A stretch of 64,000 nucleotides of DNA from an uncultured Nitrososphaerota archaeon (GTDB taxonomy: Archaea; Thermoproteota; Nitrososphaeria; Nitrososphaerales; CADDZS01). Location of the stretch: contig CAWCYI010000004.1 in assembly GCA_963799845.1 (NCBI GenBank), forward strand, positions 704,001 through 768,000. The letters run 5' to 3'. Positions 59,749 to 64,000 of the stretch are shown in pieces. The notes below the pieces were generated by a model, which had not been told where the DNA came from, made no database searches, and was given only the letters and a program-made list of their open reading frames with translations. Positions within the stretch are counted from its first letter, which is position 1. Each line of letters begins with the position of its first letter. A program made the translations under genes and the position numbers.

Positions 59749-60909
59749 CTGACAAAAGTCTCGAAGAAAGCCGCACAGTTCACTGAATCTGTCATCAGGG
59801 AGATGACGCGCCTCGCCGGTAAGCACAAAGCGGTAAACCTCGCCCAGGGATTTCCTGACTTTCCCTGCCCTGAAGAACTAAAGATTGCCGCGGCCAGAGC
59901 GATTGACGAAGATTACAACCAGTACTCAGTTACTTGGGGTGCTCCGGTCCTCAGAGAGGCTATTTCGAAAAAGGCAAAGAAGTACAACAAGATTGATTCC
60001 GATCCGGAAAAAAACATCGTAGTGACGTGCGGCACGACCGAAGCTATGGTTTCAGCCCAGCTGGCAATCCTTGATCCCGGTGAAGAGCTGATCGTTTTCG
60101 ATCCTCATTACGAGAACTATGCGCCTGACGCGATAATCTCGGGGGCGAAACCGAAGTACTTAGAACTCGATCAGGAAAATAATTTTGCACTAGACGAGGA
60201 GAAATTGAAACAGGTCTTTAACTCAAAGACCCGTGGTATTGTGCTCAACTCGCCACTGAATCCAACTGGAAAAGTTTTCGACAAAAAAGAGCTGAACTTA
60301 ATCGCCGATCTCTGTGATGATTACGACACCATCTGCTTCACCGATGAGATTTACGAGTATATACTCTACGGCGGCGCGAAGCACATCAGCATCGGGAGCC
60401 TCCCATCAATGAAAGACAGGACCGTTACGATAAGCGGTTTCTCAAAAACCTACAGCGTCACGGGGTGGCGTGTGGGCTACATTATCGCAAACGCCGAACT
60501 TACCAACGCGATAAAGAAAGTCCACGACTTTGTTACAGTGGGCGCTCCCCATCCTCTCCAAATAGCCTGCGCCACAGCCCTTTCATTCCCACAGTCTTAC
60601 TACGACCAACTGAGGAGCGATTACGACGAGAAAAGAAAGATGCTTCTGAAATCGCTCGAATCCATTGGTTTCTCGTGCGTTGACCCCGCAGGAGCCTACT
60701 ACATCTGGTCCGACTTTTCTGAGCTAGACCGAAAATCCGATGATCTTGAATTTGCGAAGAACCTTGTGGAAGATGTCGGGGTCGCTGCGGTTCCCGGCTC
60801 CTCGTTCTATTACAAGAGCAACCATGGTAGGAAAAAAATCAGGTTCACTTTCTCGAAGAAAATGGAAACTCTGCAAAAGGCGTGCGAAAGATTAGAAAAA
60901 TTAAAGTGA
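59749..60909 (+). CDS. Class I/II PLP aminotransferase (YbdL/kynurenine aminotransferase-like)
   Basis: NLAQGFPDF, NPTGKVF, DEIY, SKTYSVTGWRVG. First ATG is 59803, but the open frame extends to a CTG at 59749. Confidence 0.9.
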   Translation: MTKVSKKAAQFTESVIREMTRLAGKHKAVNLAQGFPDFPCPEELKIAAARAIDEDYNQYSVTWGAPVLREAISKKAKKYNKIDSDPEKNIVVTCGTTEAMVSAQLAILDPGEELIVFDPHYENYAPDAIISGAKPKYLELDQENNFALDEEKLKQVFNSKTRGIVLNSPLNPTGKVFDKKELNLIADLCDDYDTICFTDEIYEYILYGGAKHISIGSLPSMKDRTVTISGFSKTYSVTGWRVGYIIANAELTNAIKKVHDFVTVGAPHPLQIACATALSFPQSYYDQLRSDYDEKRKMLLKSLESIGFSCVDPAGAYYIWSDFSELDRKSDDLEFAKNLVEDVGVAAVPGSSFYYKSNHGRKKIRFTFSKKMETLQKACERLEKLK

Positions 60910-60974
60910 ATTATTTTTGTTCCTGCGCTAAAATTTGAGGTGAGTATCAGAAACGGACAAAAAAGATTGAGTGA

Positions 60975-61017
60975 AAAAAGAAGAAAAGGATGGAGTTGGC
61001 CGAATTTGCCAAACTCC
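60975..61017 (-). terminator. Hairpin plus T-rich tract between convergent genes
   Basis: GGAGTTGGC-CGAATTT-GCCAAACTCC next to an A-rich run on the + strand. Confidence 0.45.
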
Positions 61018-61040
61018 GATTGAATTCTGTCGTGTACTGC

Positions 61041-62434
61041 TTATTGTCCAGAGGTAGTTGTTGTAGTTGTACTGGTGTCTGTTGTTGTTGCTGATGTCGT
61101 TGTGGTGTCGGTCGAGGATGTTGAGGATGTAGTTGTGCTTCCGGTCGAAGTTGTTGCAGACGTTGTGGTGGCGTCAGTTGTGGATGAGGTTCCCGATGTG
61201 GTTGTTGCGCTCGTCTGACTCGAGGTGCTGCTCGAAGTCGAAGTTGCCGAGCTAGTAGATGTTACGTGCGCAGTAGTCGAACTGGAAGTTGTGGTCGCAG
61301 ATCCGCTCGCCGTTACTGCCATCTGCGCGTGTTCTCCGCTTCCGAGAACGGTTACTATGTACTTCTGTCCCGCAACAATGCCGTGAGTAGGAGTATGTCC
61401 CTGCAACAGTGCGAGTGCTCCTATCGTGACCCCTCCATTGTAGGTGAACGTTGCGCTAGATCCCGGCGCCAGTGCGAATCCCGACAGTGCTAGAGTCTGG
61501 ACGGTTCCTTGCTTGGTCGATGCAGATAGTGCAAGTAGATTTCCGTTCGGCGCTACGACGAAGAACTCTGAAATCTTGGATACAGGTCCGAGTGCGGTAC
61601 TGGTACCCATCCGCCGCTTGGAGTGGACGTCGAGGTGACTGCGACCATCCGGAAGATGATTGTCGCATTTCCGGTGTTATCCACTGATACGCTGACAGAG
61701 TTCGGGCCGAGACTTGCTCCAGTGAGCTGGAACCTCGTCATGTACCATATCGCTGCAGATACTCTGTTATTGTAGTCGTTTCTGTCGCCTACGTGTGGAT
61801 GATTTGCGATGGAGTTTGCTGGTAATGTGTATCCAGTAGCCGCTGGGATGAAGGCGAATGTTGGATCAGTGGTGTTCCCCAATAGAAGAACCGTCGGGGT
61901 CATGTCGATCATTGCTCCGGTCGTCTGTCCGTCGCTGATGACTATTCCTCCTGGGATCCAAACGTATAGTGTGTGCTCCTGGTAGACAAGATCTGCCGTG
62001 TAGTTGGTTCCTTGGAATGTGACAACCGCCGAGGTCACGTTGAATCTCAGTCCGTTGAACTTTCCAGAGGTGATGTTGGTTGAGGCAATGGTCTGGCTCT
62101 CGTTGACTATGCTCATGAGGTTGATTTCGCCCGATGTTTGCAGGTCCGTCCAACCCGTTTGGTTACCCGCGTCGGCGAAGTGGACTTCGATGCTGCTGTA
62201 GTTGATGTAGACTGCTGTTACGCCATCCGGCACTGTTGGTGGGTCCGTCATCAGAACCGCCAAAGTCCCGGATCCGCTCGGTGCATTCGCGCTGGAACTG
62301 CTAGTACTTATCGAAGTGCTAGAAGTTGAACCCTTGTTCACAAGTCCAGGCGTGAACACTACCGCGCCTATCAGCGCCACCGCAATAATAGCTGCGAGGA
62401 CGCCAGATACGATTACTTTGTTTTTCGTAGACAT
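61041..62434 (-). CDS. DUF4382-like secreted protein with Ser/Thr-rich tail (frameshift near 61592)
   Basis: TM anchor; GTLAVLMTDPP..P.GVTAVYI.YSSIEVH DUF4382-like start; two ORFs join by adding one C. Confidence 0.72.
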
Positions 62435-62485
62435 GGTATTTCGTTCACTTGACTCACAGATATTCCACGTTTGTATTAGAAACAG

Positions 62486-62538
62486 CGTTCTTGAACGGTA
62501 TGTTCAAGCAGTGCCCCTTGTGTTCAAGTTGTTGAACA
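62486..62538. promoter_or_regulatory. Paired TTGAAC/GTTCAA palindromes upstream of the DUF4382-like gene
   Basis: CTTGAAC-N5-GTTCAAG (62490-62508) and TGTTCAA-N4-TTGAACA (62521-62538). Confidence 0.45.
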
Positions 62539-62842
62539 TGCAATTTCGTGCGGGGCCAGCGATTGGATTGACCTTAAACCTAAAGATATAGAAAACACAT
62601 CAGTACCGGTAGGAGCGAAGATTATTCGACGTTTTTCGAGCTCATAGCGAATAACGATATAACCCGTCCCGACGACCTGAATCTGATTGCCTTGGCTCTT
62701 ACTTGATCGGGGCTTGCTTTTCGTTCATTTACTAGTTACCATTGATTCATTAAGGTAGGAACGACCTACTACCATTGTTTTTCACACGTTTACGAACGAT
62801 CGCCTAACAATCATTGACCCGAAATCGTTCGGCAAAGGTCGA

Positions 62843-62992
62843 TTATTCCAATGCCTGGAGGTGGTCGTCTAACCACTTTCGTGTATAATCGCTGAACGAC
62901 ATACCTGCAACTTTTGCTCTTTGTTTGAAGGTCTCTTCTTCTTTTTCGGTCAGAGGGAACGCGACGAAACGCCTCCCCGTTTTCTTATGCAT
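62843..62992 (-). CDS. Ribbon-helix-helix (MobC/CopG-like) microprotein, 49 aa
   Basis: MHKKTGRRFVAFPLTEKEEETFKQRAKVAGMSFSDYTRKWLDDHLQALE. Confidence 0.6.
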   Translation of the reverse strand: MHKKTGRRFVAFPLTEKEEETFKQRAKVAGMSFSDYTRKWLDDHLQALE

Positions 62993-63349
62993 TTCTACTG
63001 CGAATTTGTCTGCTTCTTCATAATCTGATTCCGGTGAATTTATCTTTATTCAGCAAATGGATTCATTCATCGAACGTTAATTTATGGTTAGATTCGCTGT
63101 TGGTGCCGTGTTCTTTGACCTGAAACGATTCTGCATAGGTGGACTATCTTTGTTTCATGGACTCTTCAGGCAAGTCGTCGCGTGATCTCCACGCGCACCA
63201 TGCGACAGTCTGACATAATCGGTTCATGTGTGACCCCGATATTTTACTCGATCTATCGATTACAAGATTCGATAATCATGGTAGCGCCATAACGATTAGG
63301 CGAGGCGTAAGGGCGAATACGAGAGTTATCGCCCAACGACTTGATCCGG

Positions 63350-64000
63350 TGTTGTTTCCCTCGGTCGTGCCTCAAATGCTACGATAAAATTCTGAATATT
63401 TTACTTGATCGGTCGCTTACCAATTTTCTCTTTTCCGACAATTATTTCGCAAGCTGGTAAACAGGAGTAGACTGGGAGAGTTTTGGAAGAGCGTAACAAA
63501 GCGTTACGAGAAACATGTGCCCGCGAAGCTTGATAGCGACAAGATCAGTTACCTCTTCAGAGCTAGAGAAAGGGGCGAGACCTGCGCAAACATTGCTCTC
63601 CAGCTCGGGGTGTCAAAGAGGAGGGTTGAGCAGATACTTGCCCAGCATAGGAAAGGTGGGGGTGTGCCTCTCCTCCTCAAGAAACCAGGAAGGAAAAGCA
63701 TTCCAATTACCGACGAGGAAACTTCGCTCGTCATTGATGCTTATCAGAGATATAGGGCAAACGCCCTCTACCTTGAACGAAAGATCGAGTGCGATAGCAA
63801 GATTCACATCAACCACAACAGGATACACAGGGTGCTCCTGATGAACTCCTTTGCGTCAAACTCTAGGAAGAAGTGGATAAGGAGGAAGTGGGTCAGATAC
63901 GAGAGGGAACACTCGAATTCATTATGGCATACGGACTGGCACGAGGTAAAGGATCCGAGGTGGAAGGGCAAGTGGCTCACCTGCTATGAGGATGATGCTT
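63350..64000 (+). mobile_element. IS481-family element, left part
   Basis: Candidate terminus TGTTGTTTCCC at 63350, followed by a transposase ORF. Confidence 0.7.
63517..64000 (+). CDS. IS481-family transposase (partial, runs off window)
   Basis: Frame not in the ORF track: IALQLGVSKRRVEQI HTH, KKPGRK, HNRIHRVL, RYEREHSNSLWHTDW, YEDDA. Confidence 0.88.
   Translation, partial: MPAKLDSDKISYLFRARERGETCANIALQLGVSKRRVEQILAQHRKGGGVPLLLKKPGRKSIPITDEETSLVIDAYQRYRANALYLERKIECDSKIHINHNRIHRVLLMNSFASNSRKKWIRRKWVRYEREHSNSLWHTDWHEVKDPRWKGKWLTCYEDDA

Noticed and set aside
61041-61300. Tandem-repeat-like DNA (also 33360-33550, 9800-10330)
   Set aside because: Explained by Ser/Thr-rich linkers of surface proteins.
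63515-63841. ORF-track 108-aa protein
   Set aside because: Shadow frame; the real transposase starts at 63517 in another frame and runs off the window.

Overview
This window is most likely from an archaeal chromosome, probably a non-ammonia-oxidising Nitrososphaerota/TACK lineage. That is an inference from TrmB and Lrp regulators, a pyruvoyl arginine decarboxylase, an ISH3 element, class III signal peptides and many TTG/GTG starts. In order it holds: a frameshifted intein-containing gene running off the left edge; a form I aerobic CO dehydrogenase operon (coxMSL); an ABC exporter and several membrane/surface proteins; uvrB-(VIT1/ferritin)-uvrA-uvrC; an M16 peptidase pair with TrmB; a ~23 kb sugar/sugar-acid catabolic island disrupted by IS701, IS200/IS605 (tnpA+tnpB) and ISH3 elements; a PPi-type phosphofructokinase; zinc-finger microproteins; thrC-like and aminotransferase genes; and an IS481 running off the right edge. 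The most unusual signal is a dispersed intergenic element family with a 15-bp quasi-palindrome (AGCTYGWWWCRAGCT) and helically phased AGCT arrays. Also notable are an ISH3 inserted exactly in the loop of the IS605 left-end hairpin, an intein apparently splitting a radical-SAM Cys motif, and a stand-alone B-box zinc finger. About ten single-base frameshifts, mostly at homopolymers, look like long-read errors. No rRNA, tRNA or CRISPR array was seen.
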